Source of the DNA: Gammaproteobacteria bacterium
Lineage (GTDB): Bacteria; Pseudomonadota; Gammaproteobacteria; Enterobacterales; Kangiellaceae
Assembly (NCBI GenBank): GCA_030432465.1
Contig: JAUIHB010000001.1
Location: 1 to 53,696, forward strand
DNA: 53,696 bases
Direction: 5' to 3'
Positions within the stretch are counted from its first letter, which is position 1. Each line of letters opens with the position of its first letter. Position numbers and translations under genes: made by a program. Shown here one piece after another: positions 1-9,977 of this stretch. A model generated the notes under the pieces. The model did no database searches. It saw nothing but the letters and a program-made list of their open reading frames with translations, and was not told the DNA's origin.

Positions 1-2406
1 CAAACCTTAGTAAAAGATTTTATTGCACCAAAATATAAAGAAGGTTATGACAAGGGTGTACATGATTATGATGCGATTAAAATATTAAAACCTATTCTAA
101 CAAACTTTAATGCTGCCGGAAGTTTACGTTTTACACCAGAGGCTAGGGCTATTGCAACAATTTACTGGGTAAACAATCAGAATAAAGCAGAACAAAAACT
201 TTGGCCACAGCGTGCACAAAATGCGCTCAGAATGAGTGAACTATTTAGTACACATTCAGCTAAAGAGCAGTTTGGTCAAGAGATATCTCTTGCATTTAAA
301 GTCATGTTAGAAGCAGAAAATTTATCTTTCGATAAAAATTTACTAACCAGTGCTGCCGATTATTTAATTATGGAAATTGGTCAAACTAATATTCGTTTTG
401 CTGTTTCTAAATATGCCGATGAACTCGTTAAGTCATTTAAGCTTCATTTGGAAACTAACGATGCATGGCAAAATTATCAAAAAGCACTTGATAGTTTAAG
501 TGGACAAATCGGTAAGCGCTGGCATTTAACTTACCAATGGCTTACTGGATTTAATCAATTTTCTCAAAATACAACTTTAGCAAACTATATACCTGAAGCA
601 GTGGCACTGCTTAATGCAGAAAATCGCTTAGACAGGCATGTTCATCAAGTAGACTTAAGTTTTAAAGTTGATGACCTTATTGGTCAACATAAGCGCATTA
701 AAAATCAATCGATGACTTTGACATTAGATGAATTTTTACAGCGTTTAGCTCATCATGCAAATGTAGTTGTTCCCCGGTATCACCGATATCACGAAATTCG
801 TCAGCAACAAGTCGAAATTCAACGTAAAAAACTAAGAGTTGAAGACTTTATTCCAAAACCATTGACTTCATTTGTAAGAAACAAGTTAATTAATGAGGCT
901 TATCTACCAGTGATTGGCGATAATCTGGCGAAGCAAATGGGCACTGTTGGTGATAACAAAAGAACAGACCTAATGGGGCTGTTGCTCATGATTTCTCCTC
1001 CCGGCTATGGAAAAACAACACTGATGGAATATGTTGCAAGTCGTCTGGGACTAATCTTTATGAAAATAAATTGTCCATCTATCGGACACGATATTACGTC
1101 AATTGATCCAAGTCAAGCTAAGAATAGTGCGACCAGACAAGAACTTGAAAAACTTAATTTAGCACTCGAAATGGGAAATAATGTCATGTTGTATTTAGAT
1201 GACATTCAACACACTAACCCTGAATTTTTACAAAAATTTATTTCTCTGTGTGATGGAACCCGACGTATTGAAGGTATTTGGAACGGTAATGCTAAAACGT
1301 ATGATATGCGCGGTAAAAAATTCTGTGTGGTTATGGCTGGTAACCCTTACACTGAATCGGGAGAGTTATTTCGAATTCCAGATATGCTCGCGAATCGTGC
1401 AGACATATACAATCTAGGTGATATGTTATCAGGGCAGGAAGAAGTTTTTGAGTTAAGCTACGTTGAAAACTCGCTAACATCAAATGCGATACTTGCGCCG
1501 CTGGCTACCCGTGAAATGAGCGATATTTACAAACTTATTGATATGGCTAAAGGTGGCTCTACTGCTACAACCGATCTAAGTCATCAATATAGCGGAGCTG
1601 AAATTAATGAGATGACGAATGTATTTAAAAAGTTGTTTAAAATTCAAAAAACCGTTTCCAAAATAAATCAACAATATATCTTATCAAGCGCACAAGATGA
1701 TAAATACCGCGAGGAACCACCATTTAAGCTCCAAGGCTCTTACCGCAACATGAATAAAATGGCAGAGAAAATTTCTGCGGTAATGACTGATGATGAGCTT
1801 GAGAAAATGATTGATGATCATTATCAAGGTGAATCCCAGTTACTCACAACCGGTGCTGAAGAAAACCTTTTAAAGTTAGGTGATCTACGAAATAATTTAA
1901 ACGATGAACAAAAAAAGCGCTGGAATGCGATTAAACAAGATTTCAAACGCAATTTGTCTATTGGCGGAGATGATAGTAATGCTGGTGATAAAATAGTGTT
2001 ACAACTTAATGATCTTGTTAACCAGATATCTAAACTCAGCTCAACTTTTAATAGTAAAGTTGAGCATAAAAATAATGAAAAAGAAATTAGTTCCAGTGAG
2101 GCTGCAGTAAATATTCTCGCTAATAGGCTTGATTCATTTACCCAAAGTTTAAAGAGTTCTCAACCACCTAATGTTGAGGTAATTAATCAACCCGTTCCAG
2201 GTATTGAAAAATTATTAAGAGTAATTGCTGACACTTTTGAAAATAGTATTAAGCCTTTAATCCAAGTTATGGATGGTAAATTAAACTTAGATTTAAAAAC
2301 TCATGAAAAAATGACCGATATTGAAGGAAAACTTTCCCAATTAAATGATGTGGTAATATCAAAGCGAAAAAATCAAACCACCAATAAAGGCGATACTCGC
2401 AAATAA
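1..2406 (+). CDS. Large AAA+ ATPase ('DNA repair ATPase'/DUF3686-type family), 5'-truncated by the window
   Basis: Frame 1 is open from base 1 (QTLVKDFIAPKYKEGYDKGVHDYDA...) into the 232..2406 ORF. Walker A SPPGYGKT, Walker B YLDDIQH, coiled-coil C-terminus. Family recognised from motifs only. Confidence 0.75.
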   Translation, partial: QTLVKDFIAPKYKEGYDKGVHDYDAIKILKPILTNFNAAGSLRFTPEARAIATIYWVNNQNKAEQKLWPQRAQNALRMSELFSTHSAKEQFGQEISLAFKVMLEAENLSFDKNLLTSAADYLIMEIGQTNIRFAVSKYADELVKSFKLHLETNDAWQNYQKALDSLSGQIGKRWHLTYQWLTGFNQFSQNTTLANYIPEAVALLNAENRLDRHVHQVDLSFKVDDLIGQHKRIKNQSMTLTLDEFLQRLAHHANVVVPRYHRYHEIRQQQVEIQRKKLRVEDFIPKPLTSFVRNKLINEAYLPVIGDNLAKQMGTVGDNKRTDLMGLLLMISPPGYGKTTLMEYVASRLGLIFMKINCPSIGHDITSIDPSQAKNSATRQELEKLNLALEMGNNVMLYLDDIQHTNPEFLQKFISLCDGTRRIEGIWNGNAKTYDMRGKKFCVVMAGNPYTESGELFRIPDMLANRADIYNLGDMLSGQEEVFELSYVENSLTSNAILAPLATREMSDIYKLIDMAKGGSTATTDLSHQYSGAEINEMTNVFKKLFKIQKTVSKINQQYILSSAQDDKYREEPPFKLQGSYRNMNKMAEKISAVMTDDELEKMIDDHYQGESQLLTTGAEENLLKLGDLRNNLNDEQKKRWNAIKQDFKRNLSIGGDDSNAGDKIVLQLNDLVNQISKLSSTFNSKVEHKNNEKEISSSEAAVNILANRLDSFTQSLKSSQPPNVEVINQPVPGIEKLLRVIADTFENSIKPLIQVMDGKLNLDLKTHEKMTDIEGKLSQLNDVVISKRKNQTTNKGDTRK

Positions 2407-2733
2407 CGATGTTGAGGGAAAACGAAATGGATTTATTTTTCCTTTAATTGCGACTATAGCGCTTAAAATAGATAATGCTGAGGCAAGTAAAGCAATAAAG
2501 TAGACAAGAATAATCTGATGAGGAGAAAAAATAACATATACAAAGCCTGACGCGAAAAATAGCAATAGTAGGGTTGTATTGTGCCAACAATAATAGTTGA
2601 GCCATTTAGAAGCTGTAGGCAAGTTTTTATTTGCTAGTAATGGCTTTGCGACTACAGGCCCACCAATAAATGTGTGTACAGCAAAGGTTATAACGCTCAT
2701 CAATGCGCCCAAATATAGTAGTACCTCTTTCAT
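2359..2733 (-). CDS. Small multi-pass (about 4 TM) membrane protein, unknown function
   Basis: 124 aa, hydrophobic segments, RBS-like AAGGA upstream; 3' end overlaps the ATPase 3' end convergently. Confidence 0.7.
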   Translation of the reverse strand: MKEVLLYLGALMSVITFAVHTFIGGPVVAKPLLANKNLPTASKWLNYYCWHNTTLLLLFFASGFVYVIFSPHQIILVYFIALLASALSILSAIVAIKGKINPFRFPSTSLFASIAFIGGLIFSL

Positions 2734-2819
2734 TTATTATCCTTAATCAAAATAAATATATCCCATTATAATATTTATTCATCAAATAAACACAAGCACC
2801 ACAATTTATTTTTTCTATG

Positions 2820-2847
2820 AAAAAACCGCTTACAAATGTAAGCGGTT
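2820..2847 (-). terminator. Intrinsic terminator of the serine protease gene
   Basis: Inverted repeat AACCGCTTACA/TGTAAGCGGTT with an A-run on its left (U-tract on minus strand), 27 nt past the stop. Confidence 0.8.
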
Positions 2848-2874
2848 ATCTTCACAAAGTTTACTTTAATACTA

Positions 2875-4380
2875 TTACGGGTTTGCAGTAATATTTAAAG
2901 TAACTCCTGATGCAGAATTGTAACCATACAAATCAATGTACCAGGTATCACCTGCAGGCGATTCAAAGTTACAAGTTTCACTGTTACCGTTTTTATAAGG
3001 ACGGCAATCATAACTGGACAAAGTTGAAGGTGCGCCTCTTCTTACATACAAATCAGCATCACCACTTCCACCAGATATAGTCGCAGTTAGCGAAGAATAT
3101 CCAGCTGGTACAACTTGAGTGAAACGTGTCCAACTTGAGCGATCAACAGAAATATCAGTAATCGTTCTGTCAATAGGATCGTTACCATTTGGATCACTAT
3201 AACTTGCAACAACACTAACCCCTGAAAATGCAGAGTAGGCTTTTAAACGAACATAGTAAGTACCACCAGATTGTGTTCCTGTACAAGACTCAGCATTGCC
3301 ATTTTTGTACGGACGACAGTCGTAACTAGAATCTGTTGGAGCAGAACCAAATTTTACATACAAATCAGCATCACCTGAACCACCGCTCATTTCAAAGTTT
3401 ATATTAGAAGCGCCAGCAGGTACTTCAAAAGTATAATTTAATGAATTTCCACGAGTTGCACTTAATCCTGTTTTTGGTACACCATTTTCAAGATCACCAC
3501 CAGGAGGAGGTGTAGTACCACCAATTTTATCGTTAATCCAATTCACAAATTTGTAGGTATCTGCATATACACCATATTTATTGCGTCGAGCACAACCGTC
3601 TCCCCAACTTACCACACCAATACTATAAATTTCATTTTGATAAGCAGCTACAATCGGGCCGCCGCTGTCTCCCTGGCAAGCATCTTTACCACCTTGCTGA
3701 TAACCCGCACACATCATTGTATTATTAATTCTGCCATTATAGGCTTCTGGTTGATTACAAGTTGCATTAGACACTACAGGCACGTCTACTTCATATAATA
3801 CATCAGGACTTCCACCACCTTCAGATAAAGCTCCCCAACCAGAGACGGTTAACATATCACCTGGAGAGCCTGCGGCTTGAATAACTTCTGCAGTTGGTAG
3901 TTTAGCTCGAACATAACTACTATTGATTGTTCCACTAACTTTTAACAAAGCAACATCGTAACCACCACCAACACTATTGAAGTTCTCATGAACAATTTTT
4001 TCAACAACATTGTGTGTTTCACCTTCATTAGAGCTCAAACGATATACACCAACACGCACGCTATTTGGCCAGCTGTTAGATACACAGTGAGCTGCAGTTA
4101 AAATCCATTGATCGGCAATAATAGTACCACCACATCCACCATTACCTAAAGATACTTGATAGGTACGATCGCCCTGTGTTGCAGGGTTACCACCAACAAT
4201 ATATGGCGTAATATTGACAAACGGTACACTTGGTTTCGCGACTTTATTTGAGGCTTGCTCATCATCTTGCACAGAAGTTAATTCATTATCTTGTGCATAA
4301 AGGGTATTGCTTGCAAGCATGAGGGATACAGCAAGCGCTCCACTAGCGAGCTTAAGAGAGGCTATTAATTTTCTCTTCAT
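2875..4380 (-). CDS. Secreted trypsin-like (S1) serine protease with two C-terminal PPC domains
   Basis: Signal/propeptide, mature IVGG start, TAAHC, DVALL, DACQGDSGGP; two SGGSGDADLYV...YDCRPYKNGN.E.C repeats typical of pre-peptidase C-terminal domains. Confidence 0.93.
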   Translation of the reverse strand: MKRKLIASLKLASGALAVSLMLASNTLYAQDNELTSVQDDEQASNKVAKPSVPFVNITPYIVGGNPATQGDRTYQVSLGNGGCGGTIIADQWILTAAHCVSNSWPNSVRVGVYRLSSNEGETHNVVEKIVHENFNSVGGGYDVALLKVSGTINSSYVRAKLPTAEVIQAAGSPGDMLTVSGWGALSEGGGSPDVLYEVDVPVVSNATCNQPEAYNGRINNTMMCAGYQQGGKDACQGDSGGPIVAAYQNEIYSIGVVSWGDGCARRNKYGVYADTYKFVNWINDKIGGTTPPPGGDLENGVPKTGLSATRGNSLNYTFEVPAGASNINFEMSGGSGDADLYVKFGSAPTDSSYDCRPYKNGNAESCTGTQSGGTYYVRLKAYSAFSGVSVVASYSDPNGNDPIDRTITDISVDRSSWTRFTQVVPAGYSSLTATISGGSGDADLYVRRGAPSTLSSYDCRPYKNGNSETCNFESPAGDTWYIDLYGYNSASGVTLNITANP

Positions 4381-4625
4381 TGTTTTCTCCTTATTATTTA
4401 TATTATGTAGATTTGGGATAAATCCGTCAGTATGATAAAACTTGGAGAAAAGACAAAGTCTGCAACCACAAAATTTGTCTATTGGGTATATTTTTTTTAA
4501 TCAGAATATTACTAAGTTGCTATATAAAGAATAAGTAGCCTCAATTGATAAAAAATTTAACTTGATAAATAAATAGCTTTTATTTTTTTAACACATGAAC
4601 AATAATTTAACTCTGATTACTCCTA

Positions 4626-5339
4626 TTATTTTTTAAACGTACTAAAAGCTGTTTCTATTTGACGATATAAATCATGTACCCACAATGGCTTGTTTTTATC
4701 GACGGGAAAAAGTGTTTTTTCTCTTGGATCATGAGGTGCAATAATGACTTTAACATTTTCTTTGCCTATTACTTGCGTCAAATAAAATAGTTCTTCAATA
4801 GCTTCATCTCCTACAGCAAGACAACCAATAGAAACTGCTTTTCCGTGAATAAAAATATCGCTGCCAGGCTCTAACCTTCCTTCATCATTTGCATGTTTAA
4901 GATCAAATTTATTAGGATAATTAAGTTTGATTGATAAATGATAACTACTGTTTGGATTTAACCAAGGTATTGTATAAATACCTTCTGGTACTTGGCGATC
5001 ACCTTCACGTAATTTTGGCCCAGCAACACCACTTGCCGCAGTAACTTTATAAGAATGAACAAAATGCCAAGCACCTTGCTGATACGCCCAAACCTCTAAC
5101 TGCTTCTCTTGTTTTAAACCAAGTAGAGCTATCTTTTTTACTGGAAAAATAAGTTTAGCATTATTAAATTTTTTACCAATTCTAGATTTAGCATCTTTTT
5201 CTAAGCTATCCATAACCTCAGTCAATGTTTTCGCTCCTGCTATTTGAGAATAAAAGGGAAACCAGAGCGATCGAGCGTAGATATAAAATACTATTCCTGA
5301 AAAAACAATCAGCATACCTATCCAAGTCAATAGTCTCAT
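4626..5339 (-). CDS. L,D-transpeptidase family (YkuD domain; YafK/DpaA-like) protein
   Basis: N-terminal TM anchor; GPKLREGDRQVPEGIY, NPNSSYHLSIKLNYPN, IFIHG..VSIGC (His/Cys catalytic motif). Confidence 0.85.
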   Translation of the reverse strand: MRLLTWIGMLIVFSGIVFYIYARSLWFPFYSQIAGAKTLTEVMDSLEKDAKSRIGKKFNNAKLIFPVKKIALLGLKQEKQLEVWAYQQGAWHFVHSYKVTAASGVAGPKLREGDRQVPEGIYTIPWLNPNSSYHLSIKLNYPNKFDLKHANDEGRLEPGSDIFIHGKAVSIGCLAVGDEAIEELFYLTQVIGKENVKVIIAPHDPREKTLFPVDKNKPLWVHDLYRQIETAFSTFKK

Positions 5340-5368
5340 ATAATACCCATAATATTGATTATTAAAGT

Positions 5369-8035
5369 TTAATCCTTAATCCGTGTTAATAGATCATTAA
5401 TACAAATATCGCTATTTTCAAGCCATTCACTATAAGATAACGGATAAATAACAATACCTGCTCTTTTTAAAATCTGGTAAGTGGTTATCTCGAAAAAATT
5501 TTCCCAATGACCAGGATAACCAATTAAATCTATAGCAATATATTGATTATTTTTCTTAAAAAGAATATCAATATACTGGCCTGCCACAAAATATCCTTTC
5601 CAAACAGGTAGTGATAAATCACGTAGCTTTAGAGCGACTTCTTGTTGAAACTTATCAATCTCATCATGCTGAGTGTTTAAAGTTTTTTGTTGCTGAATAA
5701 AGTCTATATACTCGGAGAGTAAACTACCTTTAACAAGAAAATCATCATTAAATGACAAAAAAACAAATTGCTCAGTTTTTGCTCGAGTAATACAAACATT
5801 AAACATATCTTCTTTATTTAAATAACTAACCGCTCGTCGAGAAGAGTTATCAATTGAAAAAGAAAGTAGCATAATATCTCTTTCTTCCCCTTGAAAACCA
5901 TAAGGTGTAGCACATCGAATATTGAAATTTTTAATGTCTTTGGTATGAATATTTTTCTCAAGCAATTTATTTATATAATCAGCTTGAGCCCTAAATGGAG
6001 AAATAATACCAATACTAATCTGCTCTATTTTCTCTTGGTAAAACTGAATTAATTGAGAAACTTTTTCAATAACTGCTGTTGCCTCAATTCGGTTTACACC
6101 AGATGAATCTCTTTTTCCATTCACAGATAAAAGATGAATATTGCCAAGGCATTCATCAGGTCGATGCTGCATTATTTTTAGTCTTTGGTTGTAAAATTTA
6201 TAGTTACTAAAACCAATTATTTTGGGAACACTTCGAAAATGTTCATCTAAAAAGACACTCATTGGACTTTGAGCAGCTAGGTCTAAAATACTTTCATCTC
6301 TATAACTTAAAACACCTTTTTCCATAGATGTTAAACCAAGTTGAGTTAAGCAGTCTTGCTGCTCTTTACGCGAAACAAAAGAGAAATGTCTTAACTGTTT
6401 AATATCCCCAACAATCACTGCTCTTTTTGCTCGGTATAATGCAGGAATACAGGAGGCTATATTGCACTGTGTTGCCTCATCAATAATCACCAGATCAAAC
6501 AACTCTTTTTTAAGTGGTAAAACTTTATGCAGACTATCTAAGCTCACCAACCATATATTAAAAGCATGAGTTAATTGCTCATAGTTAATTGTATCAAACA
6601 ACTCTTTTTGTTTTAGTGATGTTCGCGCTCTTACCGCTTTATTCAATATTTCTAATTGTTCGCGGTGTTCATTTAATAATATTTTTTTTCTTTCACAGTC
6701 TCCAGCGATAAGAAACTCCGCTGAGAGTTTCTGTTTAACATCAATCAAATGATAAATTTTTTGTATCAATTCACGCTTATTATTACGATCAGAAAATTTA
6801 ACAAGCACTAACTGTAGTAGTTTAAAAAGATTAAGGCTTTTGTTTTTATTTTTATAAACCAGATAGCCATGAGAAATAGCTATTTTACACTGGCGAATAA
6901 AAATTTTTTCATTTTTACTGAGTTGTTTGTTGATATTTTTTAATTCTGCCTGTAAATCTTTACTATTTATTTTTTCATTTAAACTAACATATCCTTTTAA
7001 TAAATTATCGAGATAAGTTTTAAAACGTTTTAAAAAAGCTTTTTCTCCTGCTCTGATAACAGACCCTTCTAGCTTCGAAACTAGTGAAAATTTCTCTTCT
7101 ATTACATCAAGCGCATGTTCATTATTAGCAACAATAAGTACGCTTTTCCCTCTAGACATATGTTCTGCTGCAACGGCGGCAATGGTATAACTTTTTCCTG
7201 TACCAGGAGGCCCATAAATAGTTGAAAGAGCTTGATTAGCCGATATAAAAAGAGATTTTTTTTGCGCCTTACTTAGCAACATAGGCAAACAGCTATCATT
7301 GATTAAGACATCTGCTTTCTGGTTTTTACCGTTAGATTGTTCATCAAAAGCATGCCGTAATGGTTGAGATAAACTGCCACTTTCACAAATATTTTTTAGT
7401 TCGTGTAATATTCCTCTGCTTCCTCTAGCTTTGTCCACCAAAATTAATTGGGCAAAGGATAATAAAACCAAATTATTATTTTTTGTTTGCTTAATAATAG
7501 AGCTACGTGTTGACAGTTTGGGAAACCGAAAGGTATCTTTTACATCAATTTGAGGCGTATATTTTTGAAACCAACCAAGCCAGTTTGAAGGAGAAAAACA
7601 CTGGTCTTTATTGATAGGATAATTTGTTGAGTCTGGCGCTAACCACTTTAGTAAGTGAAAATTAAATTGCGGATTTTCTGGCGTTATGCTCAGATAATAT
7701 TTTTCACCTTGCAGACTTAATTCCGCATCGTAATAAACAAGTGGCGACGCAATTTGCTTTTCCTGCCCTTGGACTTCGCTAGTTCCCACTAAATAGCACG
7801 CTGTATAAATCAGCTTTTTTTCACGTTGATAAGTTTCAACATTATTCTGTATTTTATTAGCGACTTCAAAAGAAACAGGAACTCGGGGCAAGAAACCGCT
7901 AGTAAGTTCTTCTTCTTGGGGAGTCCAGTAGCTGTCTTTTTTAGCTTTTATTAAATTCCATAAACTTAACTCTCCAACATCCTTTTTATAGCATTCTCGA
8001 TAATAGTGAATTTTATTTTGAATTGCATCCCTCAA
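5369..8035 (-). CDS. Superfamily 1 (Upf1/DNA2-like) helicase with probable C-terminal restriction-endonuclease-like (Vsr/DUF559-type) domain
   Basis: GPPGTGKS, IIDEATQ, VGDIKQL, LDEHFRS, ISPFRAQ, FQGEERD, NVCITRAK; C-terminal FQQEVA..L...IDI...IAID...YQILKRAG pattern. TTG start uncertain. Confidence 0.85.
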   Translation of the reverse strand: MRDAIQNKIHYYRECYKKDVGELSLWNLIKAKKDSYWTPQEEELTSGFLPRVPVSFEVANKIQNNVETYQREKKLIYTACYLVGTSEVQGQEKQIASPLVYYDAELSLQGEKYYLSITPENPQFNFHLLKWLAPDSTNYPINKDQCFSPSNWLGWFQKYTPQIDVKDTFRFPKLSTRSSIIKQTKNNNLVLLSFAQLILVDKARGSRGILHELKNICESGSLSQPLRHAFDEQSNGKNQKADVLINDSCLPMLLSKAQKKSLFISANQALSTIYGPPGTGKSYTIAAVAAEHMSRGKSVLIVANNEHALDVIEEKFSLVSKLEGSVIRAGEKAFLKRFKTYLDNLLKGYVSLNEKINSKDLQAELKNINKQLSKNEKIFIRQCKIAISHGYLVYKNKNKSLNLFKLLQLVLVKFSDRNNKRELIQKIYHLIDVKQKLSAEFLIAGDCERKKILLNEHREQLEILNKAVRARTSLKQKELFDTINYEQLTHAFNIWLVSLDSLHKVLPLKKELFDLVIIDEATQCNIASCIPALYRAKRAVIVGDIKQLRHFSFVSRKEQQDCLTQLGLTSMEKGVLSYRDESILDLAAQSPMSVFLDEHFRSVPKIIGFSNYKFYNQRLKIMQHRPDECLGNIHLLSVNGKRDSSGVNRIEATAVIEKVSQLIQFYQEKIEQISIGIISPFRAQADYINKLLEKNIHTKDIKNFNIRCATPYGFQGEERDIMLLSFSIDNSSRRAVSYLNKEDMFNVCITRAKTEQFVFLSFNDDFLVKGSLLSEYIDFIQQQKTLNTQHDEIDKFQQEVALKLRDLSLPVWKGYFVAGQYIDILFKKNNQYIAIDLIGYPGHWENFFEITTYQILKRAGIVIYPLSYSEWLENSDICINDLLTRIKD

Positions 8036-8076
8036 GAGACTTCCTTAACTTAGCGTAATAATTTTATAACTGAGGT

Positions 8077-8508
8077 TCAACTTTCACTTTTATCAAAATT
8101 ACGTAAAGAACTAAAAAACATACCAGCTCCTCCCGCGATTAGAACTAACAATGTCATAATATCAAAAGCACTCATAGGAACTAAGGTCATGCGAATATTA
8201 ATAATAATTCCTGCAATTAATGCCACTACACTTGCCCCAGTGAGTAACCAACCAAGAATATTTTTACTATTCCAGAATATCATCACAACTCCAATGATAA
8301 ATGGAATTAAAATCATTCCGCCAGTCACGCCATAACCACCACCAAGAGAATAAAGGTGTGAGCCCATTCCAAAACCACGTGAAAAAGCTCCTGTTGTTAC
8401 CATAATTTTTGAAAGAAATAAGTAAGTACCAACCACCATCATCAGCAGACCAGCTAAGTATCGGCCTACTCCTCCGCTTGTTCCTCCTGCACCTTTAGGC
8501 TTATCCAT
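8077..8508 (-). CDS. Gly-rich 4-TM membrane protein, unknown function
   Basis: 143 aa, four hydrophobic helices; start overlaps the channel gene stop (translational coupling). Confidence 0.8.
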   Translation of the reverse strand: MDKPKGAGGTSGGVGRYLAGLLMMVVGTYLFLSKIMVTTGAFSRGFGMGSHLYSLGGGYGVTGGMILIPFIIGVVMIFWNSKNILGWLLTGASVVALIAGIIINIRMTLVPMSAFDIMTLLVLIAGGAGMFFSSLRNFDKSES

Positions 8509-9628
8509 TAATTTTTTTCTCCTTTTGAACAGTAATAATAATTCTTTCTATAGCTTCTTGAGTTGGGATATGATCTTGATGAACTAAAATGATAATCGCA
8601 ACACCGCTCGCCGGCCTTAGAGGCGCAGGATTTGTACTAACATTACCATCCTCATGCACATAGCCAACGGGTGTACCTAAACCTTGTTTTATAAACTCAC
8701 AAGCTAAGTCACTCCATTTCTCAACATCGAAGATAAAATCAAATCTTAAAGCGCTATCTCCAGCATGACCAAATAAGTTCTCCATAAATCGTTCTGTTCC
8801 AGGAGCCTCCATCGCACGAACAATTAATTCTGGATAGGCTCTTATAGGCCTGATAACTGCCGTCGCACCTAAATGCTGAAAGCGTTTTCTATTTTCATCC
8901 TTAACAACTTCTGCAATGATTGTCGCTGAAATTTTTTTCTGATGTAGATGAAATAATATATCTAAAGTCATTGAGTCAGAAGCAATATCACCACTATCTG
9001 GAGAGATTACTGCAACATAACATGCGGTTTGAATATTTGCTCTTTCCAGCACAAGATCTTCACGAGCATCACCATGCACATGTACTACATTTAAATCCAA
9101 CAAGCTCAAAGGCAGACCATTTTCAAACTTATCTGAAATAATACAAATTGGTAAATCTGAAAATTTGGGTGTTTGGCGTAACTGCCGACATAATCTCTCT
9201 AAATATAACCGCGGATGACTATTGGGAGTATTTATGATTACAATATGTTCTGTCATTTTTTGCCAGCTCCAAAGCCCTTTTATTTTACGTTCTTTTTTTT
9301 CAAATCGAAATTCTACATACTCTGTTGCTAGTTGTGCCATCAGAGTGATACCTAAACCATACATCAGAATAACCGTTGAAGTACGGCCTATCAATGTAGT
9401 ACTACTTAAGTCTCCATAACCTGTAGTATTGATAGTTGTTAAACTTAACCATAATGCATCACCAAAAGAAAACCCTTCAAAAATCATCATGGCAATTGCG
9501 TGAATCATTACAATTGCCATAACAAAAATAAATAAACGTCTTATCCTATGTTTTGACTCTATCATCAAACCACGAGAATACATTTGACGACGTTTATTAC
9601 GTAACAATTTGCGCAGTTGTTTTAACAT
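8501..9628 (-). CDS. 2-TM potassium channel with RCK/TrkA-N domain
   Basis: DALWLSLTTINTTGYGDL pore helix and filter between two TM helices; VHGDA...LERANI Rossmann-like RCK domain. Confidence 0.9.
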   Translation of the reverse strand: MLKQLRKLLRNKRRQMYSRGLMIESKHRIRRLFIFVMAIVMIHAIAMMIFEGFSFGDALWLSLTTINTTGYGDLSSTTLIGRTSTVILMYGLGITLMAQLATEYVEFRFEKKERKIKGLWSWQKMTEHIVIINTPNSHPRLYLERLCRQLRQTPKFSDLPICIISDKFENGLPLSLLDLNVVHVHGDAREDLVLERANIQTACYVAVISPDSGDIASDSMTLDILFHLHQKKISATIIAEVVKDENRKRFQHLGATAVIRPIRAYPELIVRAMEAPGTERFMENLFGHAGDSALRFDFIFDVEKWSDLACEFIKQGLGTPVGYVHEDGNVSTNPAPLRPASGVAIIILVHQDHIPTQEAIERIIITVQKEKKING

Positions 9629-9647
9629 TCTGACCTAGTTTTTAATC

Positions 9648-9962
9648 TTATTTTTCAGCGATATCTATAAGCTTTTTAGTAACCGCATGCTTTATGGCTA
9701 TTCGATCATCAGCATCAATAGAAAACATTTGTCCTAATTCCTGATAATCTTCATCACTAAGAGTTACAGTCAAACGCGGTCTAACTTTTTTCGTTTTAAA
9801 GGAAAGTCCTAAAATTTTTCTAATATAATCCGATGGTTTTAACTGATTTTCTACTGACTGTACTTGAATATGGTTATGTACACTTTCACTGACATCAAAA
9901 GCAACCTGAGTAGCTTTGGCTGCTTGTGCTTGTTTTTCCCACTTTTGATTTGATTTTGCCAT
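9648..9962 (-). CDS. Small basic protein, probable tandem ribbon-helix-helix DNA-binding protein
   Basis: ATQVAFDVSESVHNHIQVQSVENQLKPSDYIRKILGL and RPRLTVTLSDEDYQELG fit the RHH strand-helix-turn-helix pattern. CDS status is solid; fold is inferred. Confidence 0.6.
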   Translation of the reverse strand: MAKSNQKWEKQAQAAKATQVAFDVSESVHNHIQVQSVENQLKPSDYIRKILGLSFKTKKVRPRLTVTLSDEDYQELGQMFSIDADDRIAIKHAVTKKLIDIAEK

Positions 9963-9977
9963 AATATACTCTAATTA

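Noticed and set aside
2875-3480. Direct DNA repeats such as TACAAATCAGCATCACC in the protease gene
   Set aside because: Explained by the two tandem PPC domains; not a CRISPR or mobile-element repeat.
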